DNA from: Atractiella rhizophila
Taxonomy: Eukaryota
Length of the DNA: 64,000 nucleotides
NCBI GenBank assembly: GCA_021432655.1
Contig: MU271430.1
Location: 1-64,000 of the forward strand
Direction of reading: 5' to 3'
This document shows positions 51,676 through 62,456 of the stretch, piece after piece (within the stretch, counting starts at the first letter, position 1; every line of letters begins with the position of its first letter). The notes under the pieces are model-generated. The model had not been told where the DNA came from. It made no database searches and saw nothing but the letters and a program-made list of their open reading frames with translations. Made by a program: the position numbers and the translations under genes.

Positions 51676-52085
51676 GGGTTCAACCCTGCCACTGTCAGGA
51701 ATGAGATCCTGGCTGAATCCTTGCCTCCTGGCTGCCCTGGGTACAACCCTGCCTCTGTCAGGAACAAGATCCTGGCTACTTCCTTGCCTCCTTGCGGCCC
51801 AGGGTACAACCCTACCTCTGTCAGGAACAAGATCCTGGGTACATCCTTGCCTCTTAGGCACCCAGGGTACGACCCTGATGCTGTCGGGAGCAGGATCCCA
51901 TGTACATCCTTGCCTCCTCGCTGCCTAGGGTACAACCCTGCCTGTGTCAGGAACAGGATCCTGGCTGTATCCTTGCCTCCTAGGCACCCACGGTGCGACC
52001 CTGCCTCTAATAAAAACAGCATCATCACAAAACTGTTGGCTCTTAGTCAACCAGGGTAGAACCCTGCCACAGATAGGAATAACAA
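51676..52085. repeat. 63-bp tandem minisatellite, ~7 copies
   Basis: GGGTACAACCCTGCC...AGGAACAAGATCCTGG units start at 51676, 51739, 51802, 51865, 51928, 51991, 52054. Confidence 0.95.
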
Positions 52086-52300
52086 TCCAGTCAAAATGTC
52101 ATGTACGTATAAACACCTGCAGGCACAGGCAATGTCCTCTCTAAGACATCTTAAAACACTTATATATTGAAATCCTTGCTTTATTGGAGAGCTTTGGTTC
52201 ATATGTGGCATATATGTCCAATTGAACAAGGTACATTCAAAGTTGCAAAATTAATTTATAGTAGTTTAGAAATCTGTTCTCTGTACGTTATTAACGATAA

Positions 52301-52496
52301 GTGCAATTTTCGCAAAACTGCACAGGATCAATAGGTTATCGACATCAGGTAGAGAGGGGTCTCAGGGGTGCAATTTTGTTGAAAGTGTCCCATGTCGATG
52401 GGTTATCAACACCTCGTGTAGAGGGCTCTGAGGGGTGCAATTTTGTTGAAAGTGGCCCATGTCGATAGATTATCGACATCAGGTAGAGAGGGGTCT
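52301..52496. repeat. 67-bp tandem repeat, 3 copies
   Basis: GTGCAATTTT at 52301, 52368, 52435; internal ATGTCGAT-n5-ATCGACAT hairpin in the third copy. Confidence 0.9.
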
Positions 52497-52985
52497 ACTA
52501 CTATTCCTTCGCGACGGAACTGTTCCGTCAGTCAAATTTGGCTGGGGAACGGAGTTAGGGTCAGGGCCAGGGTGAGTCCCGTCAGCCTAGTTGCGAGGCT
52601 CTGACTGACGGAACTAACCTGACGGGACGGAACGCACCGTTGAGTCCCGTCAGCTCGGACGCGACAGCCAAAATGTTTCGCGAGGTGGGTTCAGCCCCGA
52701 AGCAAACTCGCTCAAACATGCGAGGTTCATCGCGAGGGGCCTACTACTATTCCTTCGCGACGGAACTGTTCCGTCAGTCAAATTTGGCTGGGGAACAGAG
52801 TTAGGGTCAGGGCCAGGGTGAGTCCCGTCAGCCTAGTTGCGAGGCTCTGACTGACGGAACTAACCTGACGGGACGGAACGCACGGTTGAGTCCCGTCAGC
52901 TCGGACGCGACGGCCAAAATGGTTCGCGAGGTGGGATCAGCCCCGAAGCGAACTTGCTCAAACATGCGAGGTTCGTCGCGAGGGC
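52495..52985. repeat. 246-bp tandem duplication rich in inverted GACGG(A/G)AC motifs and telomere-variant G-tracts
   Basis: CTACTACTATTCCTTCGCGACGGAAC... at 52495 and 52741. Confidence 0.95.
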
Positions 52986-53279
52986 GCCAAGTTCGCTACC
53001 AGTCGCGAAGTGGGCACTTCGGGTCGCTGGCTGGCTGCGACGTGTGAAGTGCCTTCCAGTCGCGAAAGGTCAAGTTTGGTTCAGCGATGGGTTGCAACGT
53101 GCGAAGCGCCCCTGTAGTTGCCAGGGAGCAGATGTGCAAGAGAGCAAACTCACGGGACAACAAACTCGCAAGAGAGCAAACTCGCGAGACGGCCAACTCA
53201 GGAGGCAGCAAACTACCGGGCTGAACGCAAACGCTAGGTTGCAAACTCACGAGACAGCAACAAACTCGCGAGATTGGCT

Positions 53280-54230
53280 TTGCATCTGCACTCCCAGTTT
53301 TGCTGCAGTGAACAGGATGTTACCAGAGCGAGCCAAGCTTTGCAAGAGCGAAGAGATTTGGCCCAAGCAAGTTGGCTGCATCCCAGCGAACTGCACTTCA
53401 CCTGAGCAAGCCAAGGTGCACTGGAGCGAACTGCACCCCGCTGGAGCCAGCCAGGCTTCGCAGGAGCAAACTGCACTTCGCTGGAGCGAGCCAGACTTCA
53501 CTGAAGCGAACTGGCTTCGCCCAAGCAAGCCTGACTTTGCTCCAGCGAACTGCAGTTCGCCCGAGTAGTCTGCCTTCGCAGGAGCGAGCCTGGCCTTGCT
53601 GGAGCGAACTGACTTCGTCCCAGCAAGTCTGGCTTCGCTAGAGGGAACTGCACTTCGCTAGAGCGAGCTGGGCTTCACAGGAGCGAACTGCACCGAGCGA
53701 ACTGCACTTCGTTGAAGCGAACCGGTCTTCGCAGGAGCGAACTGCACTTCGCCGGAGCGAGCCAGGCTTCGCAAGGAGCAAACTGACCTTCCCAGCAAGT
53801 CTGGCTTCGCTAGAGCGAACTGCACTTCGTTGAAGCGAACTGGCTTCGCCGAAGCAAGTCTGACTTTGCTCCAGCGAACTGCAGTTCGCCGGAGTGAGTC
53901 TGCCTTCGCAGGAGTGAGCCTGGCCTTGCTGGAGCGAATGCACTTCGCCCGGGCAAGTCTGGCTTGCTTCACTCCAGCAAACTGCTCTTTTCCCAGGCAA
54001 GCCAGACCTTGTTGGAGCCAACTGACTTCGCCCCAGCGAGTCTGCGTTTGCTGGGGCGAACAGGAAGTAGTCTCGCGTCGCTTGAGTAGCCCTGGCTTCA
54101 TTGAAGTGACAGGAGGTCGCGAGAGCGAACTGACTTAGTCCCAGCGAGCCTGTCTTTGTTGGAGTGAACTTAACTTCATGGCAACAAACATACCTTTGCT
54201 GAAGCGAGCTAGGCTTCGCAAGAGTGAACC
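53280..54230. repeat. ~20-bp quasi-palindromic minisatellite (GAGCGAACTGCACTTCGC) with higher-order duplication
   Basis: Many copies; perfect palindrome GCGAACTGCAGTTCGC near 53546 and 53875. Confidence 0.9.
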
Positions 54231-54455
54231 TGAACCAGAGCCCCCCAAAGTGATCCCAAGCCCCTGAGGCTCTACTTCCCCGAAGGGGCTCTCAGAAAGT
54301 CCTTATAAGGCTGACTCCTCTCAGGATCCCCCAAGAAATGCACCGGTAAGTGTTTGTCCGAAATTGTCCCCTGCTGTGTTTTCGTTGCTCTGCTGGCCGA
54401 AGGTGAAGTGCTCACTTGGAGGATCTGAATCCTCAAACAGCACTCGGTCCTGCCG

Positions 54456-54930
54456 TTTGCTGTGGGATTGATCAAGGCGACCTATGCGTCCACTTCTTTC
54501 TCCCAAGGCGAGCCAAAGGTCGGGCGCTCAAAATGGATTCGGGTTTTGAAGGTGGGTTCTTGGTCTTCAGAGCATCTTGTGGCACTTTGTATATATCTTA
54601 CTGGCAGAAAGCAAAGTGTGTGCTTAGGAGACAAAACCTGAACATGTACTTGTTCCTGAGATTTGCTGTGGGATCGATCAAGGCGACCTAAGCGTCCACT
54701 TCTTTCTCCCATGGTAAAAGGAAGGTCAAGTGCTCAAGAGGTGTTTGGGTGTCAGAAGTGGGCAGGCACTGTTCAGGCAGTTTGCATGAATAACTAAAGG
54801 CTCAGGATACTCAGCACATCCACAGGCTTAGATGGTACTTGTGGTGGCTTAGACCTCAGAGGTTATCCTATGCTCAAGATTTTGCTATTGGGATCGATCA
54901 AGGCGATCTATGCGTCCACTTCTTTCTCCT
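54456..54930. repeat. ~50-bp conserved block x3 at 206/219-bp spacing
   Basis: TTTGCTGTGGGATCGATCAAGGCGACCTATGCGTCCACTTCTTTCTCC at 54456, 54662, 54881. Confidence 0.9.
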
Positions 54931-54999
54931 ATAGCTATGACTGGGTAGGGAGCTGAAAGTACTTTGTGCCTGCACCTTGTGACGTCTGAGAGCAGGTGA

Positions 55000-55680
55000 T
55001 TTTTGCTTCAGAGACAGACACATTCCTTTTCAGACACTGGTTCGCGTGTTGCCTCGCGAGTGCTGTGGGATGTTGTGTGGATGTTGGTTTGCATGTCGTT
55101 TCGCGAGTGTTGTCGGATGGGATGTGTTGGTGTTGGTTTCGCTGCAAAGTGGCTTGGGTGCCGCCTTGCGACTGTTGTCCGGCGAGTTGTGGTGTTGGTT
55201 TTTTGTTGCAAAGCCGGCTCGGGCGCCACCTCGTGAGATGACTGTCTTGGGTGTTGGTTTCGTTGCAATGTGGCTCTGGTGCCGAGGAGTGGTTCGCATG
55301 TAGCCCTCGCGAGTGCTGTCGGCTGGTTTGTGTTGGTGTTGGTTCGTTGCAAAGTGGCTCGAATGCTGCCTCGCGAGTGCTGTCGGCTGGTTTGTGTAGG
55401 TGTTTGGTTTCGTTGCAAAGTGTCTCGGGTGCCACCTCGCGAGATGAGTGTTAGTTTCGTAGCCTCGCGAGTGCTGTCGGGTGGGTGAGTTGGTGTTTGG
55501 TTTCGTTGCAAAGTGTCTCGGGTGCCACCTCCCGAGATGAGTGGTCGTTTTGTAGCCTCGCAAGTGCTGTCGGCTGTTGGTTCATTGCAAAGTGGCTCGG
55601 GCGCTGCCTCGCGAGTGCTGTCGGGTGGGTTGGTTGGTTTTGGTTTTCTTGCAAACTGGCTCGGGTGCTGCCTCACGAGA
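55000..55680. repeat. TCGCGAG / GTTGCAAAG minisatellite block A
   Basis: Repeated GCCTCGCGAGTGCTGTCGG...TTCGTTGCAAAGTGGCTCGGG; begins with the same leader as the block at 58261. Confidence 0.9.
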
Positions 55681-56289
55681 ATGCAAACTCGCGAGAGAGC
55701 GAACTCGTGACGAGTTTGCAACAGTCCTGCTGCGAAGGGTTGCTGACGAACGAACAAAATTGCAACTCTCGCGAAACAAAGATAATTCTCGCCAGCTGCG
55801 CGAACACGATCGCGAGCAGTCGCGACTCAAAAACGTTCGCGAGCTCTCGCGAGGAGAACATTTGGGCAAGCTGCCGCGAATGGTTGGGTCTCACGAAAAG
55901 AAGTTAAGTCCAAGCTCTCGTGAGCCTAGAATGATTGCAAGTCTCGCTCAAGCGAGGCGAGCATGATTGCAACCTCTCGCGAAGCGAAAACGTTTGCATG
56001 CTTCGCGAGGAGAGCACTCAACCAAGCTGCCACCAAGCGAACACTACAGTGGCCTGCTGAAGAAATATGCAATGCAAAACGAAACACGACATGAGAAAGC
56101 TCGTGCGAGCATTTGCTTTGGCTCGCCAACCCAAATCCTCGCCTCCTCTGTGTGTATTTTTCCTTTGCTTTTTTTTTCATGTTCGCTCACTCTTATTACA
56201 CATGATACGTAGTGATATCTAACACTCAGACCTACCACCCACCACCCTCACATCTAAAATACGAAGAAGAACGGTGATGCAATGGGGAA

Positions 56290-58130
56290 GTGCATTTTTG
56301 ATATATATGGGTGCGTATTTTGTCCTCCGCTTTTTTTGATATTCACCCACCCTCAATACCACTTATACGTCGTCGAAGCTACACCTCAGACCTGTCATTC
56401 GCGCCACTTACGTCTAAAATAAGATTGATAATGGCGAAGCAATGGGGGATTGCAACTTTCGATATATCTGAGGTTAGTATTTTGTCCTCCGCTTTTTTCA
56501 ATATTCATTAATTCTCAATACACATTATATCCTCTTGAAGCTACATATCAGGCGTCTCATTCGCGCTACTTACGTCTAAAATACCATGGATAATGGCGAA
56601 GCAATATGGAATTGCATTTTTGCATGTATATGAGGTGTGTATGTTGACCTGCGCTTTTTTTGATATTCACTCATTCTCGAAACACATTATACGACGTCAA
56701 AGCGACATCATGTGCCTCCCATTTGCGCCACTCATGTCTAAAGTCCGATGCATAATGGCGAAGCAACGGTTAATTGTGATTTTTGACATGTGTGAGGTGC
56801 GTATTTCGTCCTCCGCTTTTTTAATATTCGCTCATTCTTATTAAGAATTATACGTCGTTTAAGCTACATCTTGGGCCTCTCATTTAAGCCACTCAAGTCT
56901 AAAATACGAGGGATAATGGCGAAGTAATGAGCAATTGCGATTGTGAGATATATGGGGTCCATATTTTGAACTCCGCTTTTTTTGATATCCACTAATTCCC
57001 ATTAGGAATTATACGTCGTTAAAGCTAAATATTAGGCGTCTTACTTGCGCTACTCACGTCAGAAATACGATGGATAATGGCTAAGCAATGAGGATTCGCG
57101 ATTTTTGATATATACGAGGTGCGTATTTTGAACTCCGCTTTTTTAATATTCACTCATTCTCAATACAAATTATATGTCATTGAAGCTACATCTCGGGCCT
57201 CCGATTCACGCCACTCACGTCCAAAATCCCACGGATAATGTCGAAGTAATGAGCAATTGCAATTTTTGAGGTATGAGAGGTGCGTATTTTGTACTCCGCT
57301 TTTTCCAATATTCACTCATTCTCAATACGCATTACATGTCGTTAAACCTACGTCTCAGGACTCCAATTCGCGCTACTTACGTCGAAAATACGATGGATAA
57401 TGACGAAGCAATGAAGAATTGCGATTTTGATGTGTGTGAGGTGCGTATTTCGTCCTCCGCTTTTTTAATATTCACTCATTCTTATTAAGAATTATACGTC
57501 GTTGTAGCTACATCTCGGGCCTCTCATTTGCGCCACTCACGTCTAAAATACGAGTGATAATGGCGAAGTAATGAGCAATTGCAATTTTTGACATATATGA
57601 GGTCCGTATTATCAACTCCGCTTTTTTTGATATTCACTCATTCTTATTAAGAATTATACGTCGTTGTAGCTGGCATTCGGCGCTCCCATTTGCGTGACTC
57701 ACGCCCGAAATGCGATGGATAATGGCGAAGAAACGGGGAATCGCAATTTTTGATATATCTCAGGTGCGTATTTATCCTCCGCTTTTTTAATATTCACTCA
57801 TTATGAATACACATTATATGTCATTGTAGCTACATATAAGGCCTCCCATTCGCGCCACTCACGTCTACAATACCATGGATAATGGCGAAGCGATGAGGAA
57901 TTGCGATTTTTGATATATCTGAGGTGCATATTTTGAACTCCGCGTTTTTTAATATTCACTCATTCGTATTAAGAATTATACGTCGTTGTAGCTGGCCCTC
58001 AGCCCTTGCGTTCGCCCTACTCACGCCTCAAATGTGATGGATAATGGTGAAGTAATAGCGAATTGTGTTTTTGATATATGAAGATGCATCTTTTTGCTCC
58101 GCTTTTTTTACGTTCACTCGTCATTATTAC
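56290..58130. repeat. ~161-bp AT-rich satellite, ~12 diverged tandem copies
   Basis: CTCCGCTTTTT anchor (or close variant) at 56325, 56487, 56649, 56811, 56971, 57133, 57294, 57455, 57616, 57777, 57938, 58097. Confidence 0.97.
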
Positions 58131-58260
58131 ATCTTATACAATCCAATAACAACATTACATGTGTTACAATGCGACCTAACTGGAAAACACGTTGTGTATT
58201 GATGTCAGAGGTGCAATTACAATTCAAGTTTCCACATACCTATCTCTTTTATTTTGTTGT

Positions 58261-59058
58261 TTTTTGCTTCAGAGACAGACACATTCCTTTTCAGACACTG
58301 GTTCGCATGTTGCCTCGCGAGTGCTCTGGGATGTTGTGTGGATGTTGGTTTGCATGTCGCTTCGCGAGTGTTGTCGGATGGGATGTGTTGGTGTTGGTTT
58401 CGCTGCAAAGTCGCTTGGGTGCCGCCTCGCGACTGCTGTCTGGCGAGTTGTGGTGTTGGTTTTGTTGCAAACCGGCTCGGGCGCCACCTCGCGAGATGAC
58501 TGTCTTGGTGTTGGTTTCGTTGCAATGTGGCTCGGGTGCCGAGGAGTGGTTCGCATGTAGCCTCGCGAGTGCTGTCGGCAGGTTTGTGTTAGTCTTGTTC
58601 GTTGCAAAGTGGCTCGGGTGTTGCCTTGCGAGTGCTGTCGGGTGGGTGAGTTGGTGTTGGTTTTTCTTGCAAACTGGCTCGGGTGCCACCTCGCGAGATG
58701 AGGGTTGGTTTCGTAGCCTTGCGAGTGCTGTCGGCTGGTTTGTGTCGGTGTTGGTTCGTTGCAAAGTGGCTCGGGCGCTGTCTCGCGAGTGCTGTCAGGT
58801 GGGTGACTTGGTGTTGGTTTCGTGGCAAAGTGGCTCGGATGCCACCTCGCGAGATGAGTGTAGTCTTGGTTTCGTTGAAAAGTGGCTCGGGTGCCACCTC
58901 GCGAGATGCGTGTGTTGGTGTCGGTTTCGTTGCAAACTGGCTTGGGTGCTGCCTCGCGAGGGCTATCGGGTGAGTTGGTGTTGGTTTCGTTGTAAAATGG
59001 CTCGGATGCCACCTCGCGAGATGAGTATGGTGTTGTTTTGTTGAAAAGTGGCTCGGGT
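58261..59058. repeat. Block A', direct repeat of 55000-55680
   Basis: TTTTTGCTTCAGAGACAGACACATTCCTTTTCAGACACTGGTTCGC leader shared, offset ~3261 bp. Confidence 0.93.
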
Positions 59059-59079
59059 ACCAGTTCGTGAAGTGGTTCG

Positions 59080-59930
59080 TACTTCGTTTCGCGAGACCTG
59101 CCCGGCCGTTCACTTAGCCCAAGCTGCCTGAGTTTTCGCTTTGTGTTACCTCATAAGTGTTTGCCTTCGCGAGAGTTGCCTTGATGTTCGCTTCGCGAGA
59201 CATGCCGGTATCTTCGCTTCGTGAGAGCTGCCGCCTTATTCGCTTCGCAACTGCGGCCTGACGGTTCGCCTCGCGAGTGCTGCTCGGGTGTTCGCTTCGC
59301 GAGAGGTGCCTTATCATTCCCCTTATCGTTCACTTCGTGAGACCTGCTTGGTTGTTGGCTTCGCGAGAGCTGCCTGAGTGGTCGCTTCGCAAGACCTGTC
59401 TGCCGGTTGGCGTCGCGAGAGGTGCCTTATCGTTCGCTTCGTGAGACCTCCTTTGTTGTTGGCTTCGCGTGAGCCACCTTATCGTTCGCTTTGCGAGACC
59501 TGTCTGGCTGTTTAGGGTTGCTTTGCGAGACGTTGCAATTCGCTTCGCCTTAGCTGCCTGAGTCTCCCCTTCGCGTTTGCTCCCGAGTGTTCCCCTCGCG
59601 AGAGTTGCGTCGCTGTTAGCTTCGCAAGACCTGCCTGAATGTTTGCTTCGTGAGAGCTGCCGGGCTATTCGGTTCGCGAGAGCCGCCTGGGTGGTCGCTT
59701 CGCGAGTCCTGCTTAGGTCTTCGCTTGGCGAGACATCGCGAGACATGCCTGGCTGTTCGCTTCATGAGGTGCCTAAGTGTTCGCTCAGGCAGAGCTTCCT
59801 GAGGTTTCGCTTCACAAGAGGTGTGTGAAGTTTGCGTCACGAGACCTGCTCGGCTCTTCACTTCGCGAGAGCTGCCTGAGTCTTCGCTTTGTGAGTGCTG
59901 CCTGAGAGGTTGTAGCTGTTTTGCTTCGCC
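59080..59930. repeat. Short degenerate minisatellite (TTCGCTTCGCGAGAGCTGCC)
   Basis: Recurrent TTCGCTTCG(C/T)GAGA motif, roughly every 28-30 bp. Confidence 0.8.
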
Positions 59931-60590
59931 TTAGCTACATCCGAGTTGGGACGCCAGTTGCACCTAGGTTTGGATTCAATGACCATGGCTCGCTTCTTAA
60001 GCACCAACTTCTTACCACCGTACGAGCAGCTGAACTTTTGGGAGGGAGAAGTCGCGAAGCACAAACTCGATAGGGAAAAACATCTCTGAAGAGCCTTCAA
60101 AGCAAAAGGTGAGATGTGAACCCCCACTTTGGATCTGTTCTGAATCTCCGTGGGAACAGCTAGCCCTCCACCTAGTTTGCCATGAACACCAACCAAATTT
60201 GGAGCAAGCTGGGGCGCCCTCTAGCTGGGCCAAGAGGCAGGCAGCAAGGTAGGCAAGGATTTGGATAAAAGTGGCGATTGAGAGCGAGATGAGGAGGCAA
60301 AAGCATCCCGATGCAGCCTTCGAGCCAGGGAGCGAGGAGGAGGGTAGCGAAACGAGCATGTGAAATGAAAATGTGCTTTCGTCCCCGCTCCCCTCACACC
60401 ATGCCCATTTTAGTCAGCATCTGGCAGAGGACCATAAAAGGGCCTCTAAACGCACTGTGTCTCCCAAATGAAAGCATGCAAGGACCAGGCAAGAACATGC
60501 ACAGATCAGCGCGGGAAGAGCTGAAAGAGCTTTGGGCTACTAAGGGTACTCTAGGGTTCAACCCTGGCTCTTTCAGGAATGAGATCCAGG

Positions 60591-60604
60591 GGGTTAGGGT
60601 TAGG
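60591..60604 (+). repeat. Telomere-type repeat (GGGTTA)n running into an N gap
   Basis: GGGTTAGGGTTAGG immediately before the Ns at 60605-60629. Confidence 0.55.
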
Positions 60605-60887
60605 NNNNNNNNNNNNNNNNNNNNNNNNNGCTGCAAAAATTGTCGGACGGGACTGTGCAAAGCCCTGCTCTCTTGATTTAAACAGGGCTGTGTGAAGGTC
60701 AATCCTTTTATATTGACAGGATTGACAGGACGTTGACTTCTGTTACTTCGTTCATTGCTGGTGCATTTGGAATTTGGAGCGAATTTACGCTTGACTTCAC
60801 TTTCGCATTCTTCCTCCTACAAGTTAGCTTTAAAGCTCGACCTGGAAAAGTTCCTTTCCAGCTAGGGTTCGCCTCAAAGTTGCAACC

Positions 60888-62456
60888 ATGCCGAGGTCTT
60901 CCTTTTGCGCTATTTATCAGAAGGTTATGTATGATGATCACTTTCATTGGCCTATCTATAATCCTCTGTACGTAGAAGACAACCGTACTGCAGTGAGGAC
61001 AAACATTTCCCACTCGCCGACAACAGAAATGATACCTCTGTCCAATAACCAATTCTTTCACTTCAGCGTTGCAGCACCTGTTCCGTCAATTCAGGCTGAG
61101 TCCGCACAATGCCCTACCGTTTTTTTCGAAGGCACGGTCGACGTCCACAGACCGATGGTGTCTCGTATCCGCCACATGAAATCATGGTCTCCATGGACGA
61201 TCCTTCGACGACGACACTCGACATCACTTCCTCCCCAAGGGTTAGGGTTCCCACCTTCCGAAGGAGAGGCTATGGTGGTGAATGGAGGGTTGGGGATTTT
61301 GGATATTGCACCGAGCTTGGTACCTTCAGCTTTTCGCAAAACGTGCAGGACTTTTTAGGGCCAGAAGACGAAAGGCTGGATTTTCCTTTGAGAGAGGTCG
61401 CGTTGAATGCAGAATCTCCGATTGCCAAAGGAAGCTTCACTGTCACGAGCGCTGCGGTGGATGCAGGCCCTCCAGTGTAGGTCCTCGCTTCGGCGCTTCA
61501 AGAGGATATTATTTAATGGACGAGCGTAGCCCAGGCGGCGCTACTTTTGCGGTCAATTACTCCAGCCAATCCCAAGGAGGAGCCCTTCTTGCCACAACAT
61601 CAGATGCTCTTCGATTTGCCGTCACTCACCAAGGTATCGGTGTTGACTACTTCAAACGGTATTTCAAAACAGTGTTGGAAGAAGATGCACGAGCCGGGCA
61701 CTGTCCGAATGGTAAGAGGGAACTCTGTATGATCATCGGCGTTGTCAAAACCTTCGGTTGGCTTCGAGCTGTATTCGGTCAATGCGGTGGTAGCTTTGGA
61801 ATCAACGTTGGGGCGCACCCAGCCGGATTCCAAGTGGGTCGTGATTACGGTGCGATTTCAGGAGTCCACGTGCAACATGGCCCCAGGGTGCAACGTATGT
61901 TCACAGTGATGATCAGAACTTTATTAATGGCAATGATTATTAGGAAGCGGCGTCCTTGGTAGCGACGTGGGGGACCAGACACTATTTATCACTCGAATTA
62001 TGTGTAAACATGCGGGAATTACACAACTTGGTTGTCTCAAAGGAGGAGGGGAGTCAGGTTGGCCTTCCCCCGCAGATCCAGCAGATGAAAGCATGGAATC
62101 CGTCTTTTGTGATGGATCAAATGAAACTGTGATATGCTCTCACTCTGCTGCTATCAAGCAGCATTAACTTGTTGTAGGGGTGCGACCCTTTGAGCGTGCT
62201 CCTTGAGGCTATGTTGACTGTGAGTATTCCGTATGTTCAAAAAAGATTCCTCATTCCTCTGAAGTTACGCCCTGCTGCCGAATTTGCTATTGCGTCTGAC
62301 ATCGACTTGTGCACCCTGTGCGAAAAGGTGCGTTGCTCCACGTCCAAGCAGGTCTCTATTTAAGCTGGCTAGTCGAATTGGAGCCTCAAATCTGGCGAAT
62401 GGAATGTTCAAAAAAGCGGTAAAACTGTTACAAGGTTGTGGGGACTGCATCAATGA
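60888..62456 (+). CDS. Putative gasdermin/RCD-1-like pore-forming domain protein (~340 aa, 7 exons; 3' end uncertain)
   Basis: Phase-consistent GT-AG splicing (60888-60967, 61264-61476, 61530-61894, 61944-62128, 62178-62219, 62265-62327, 62373-62456) gives WPIYNP..VGDFGY...GGALLA...LCMIIGVVKT...DQTLFITRI...DPLSVLL...AIASD. Fold assignment is inference. Confidence 0.6.

Noticed and set aside
51396..52059. ORFs with 21-aa repeats on both strands
   Set aside because: A by-product of the 63-bp period (a multiple of 3); no other coding signal.
54456..54930. CRISPR-like repeat-spacer array
   Set aside because: Eukaryotic context, no cas genes, and spacers are >150 bp and partly homologous to each other.
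52954..59900. Many overlapping 100-300 aa ORFs
   Set aside because: They arise from stop-poor minisatellites and are open in several frames at once.
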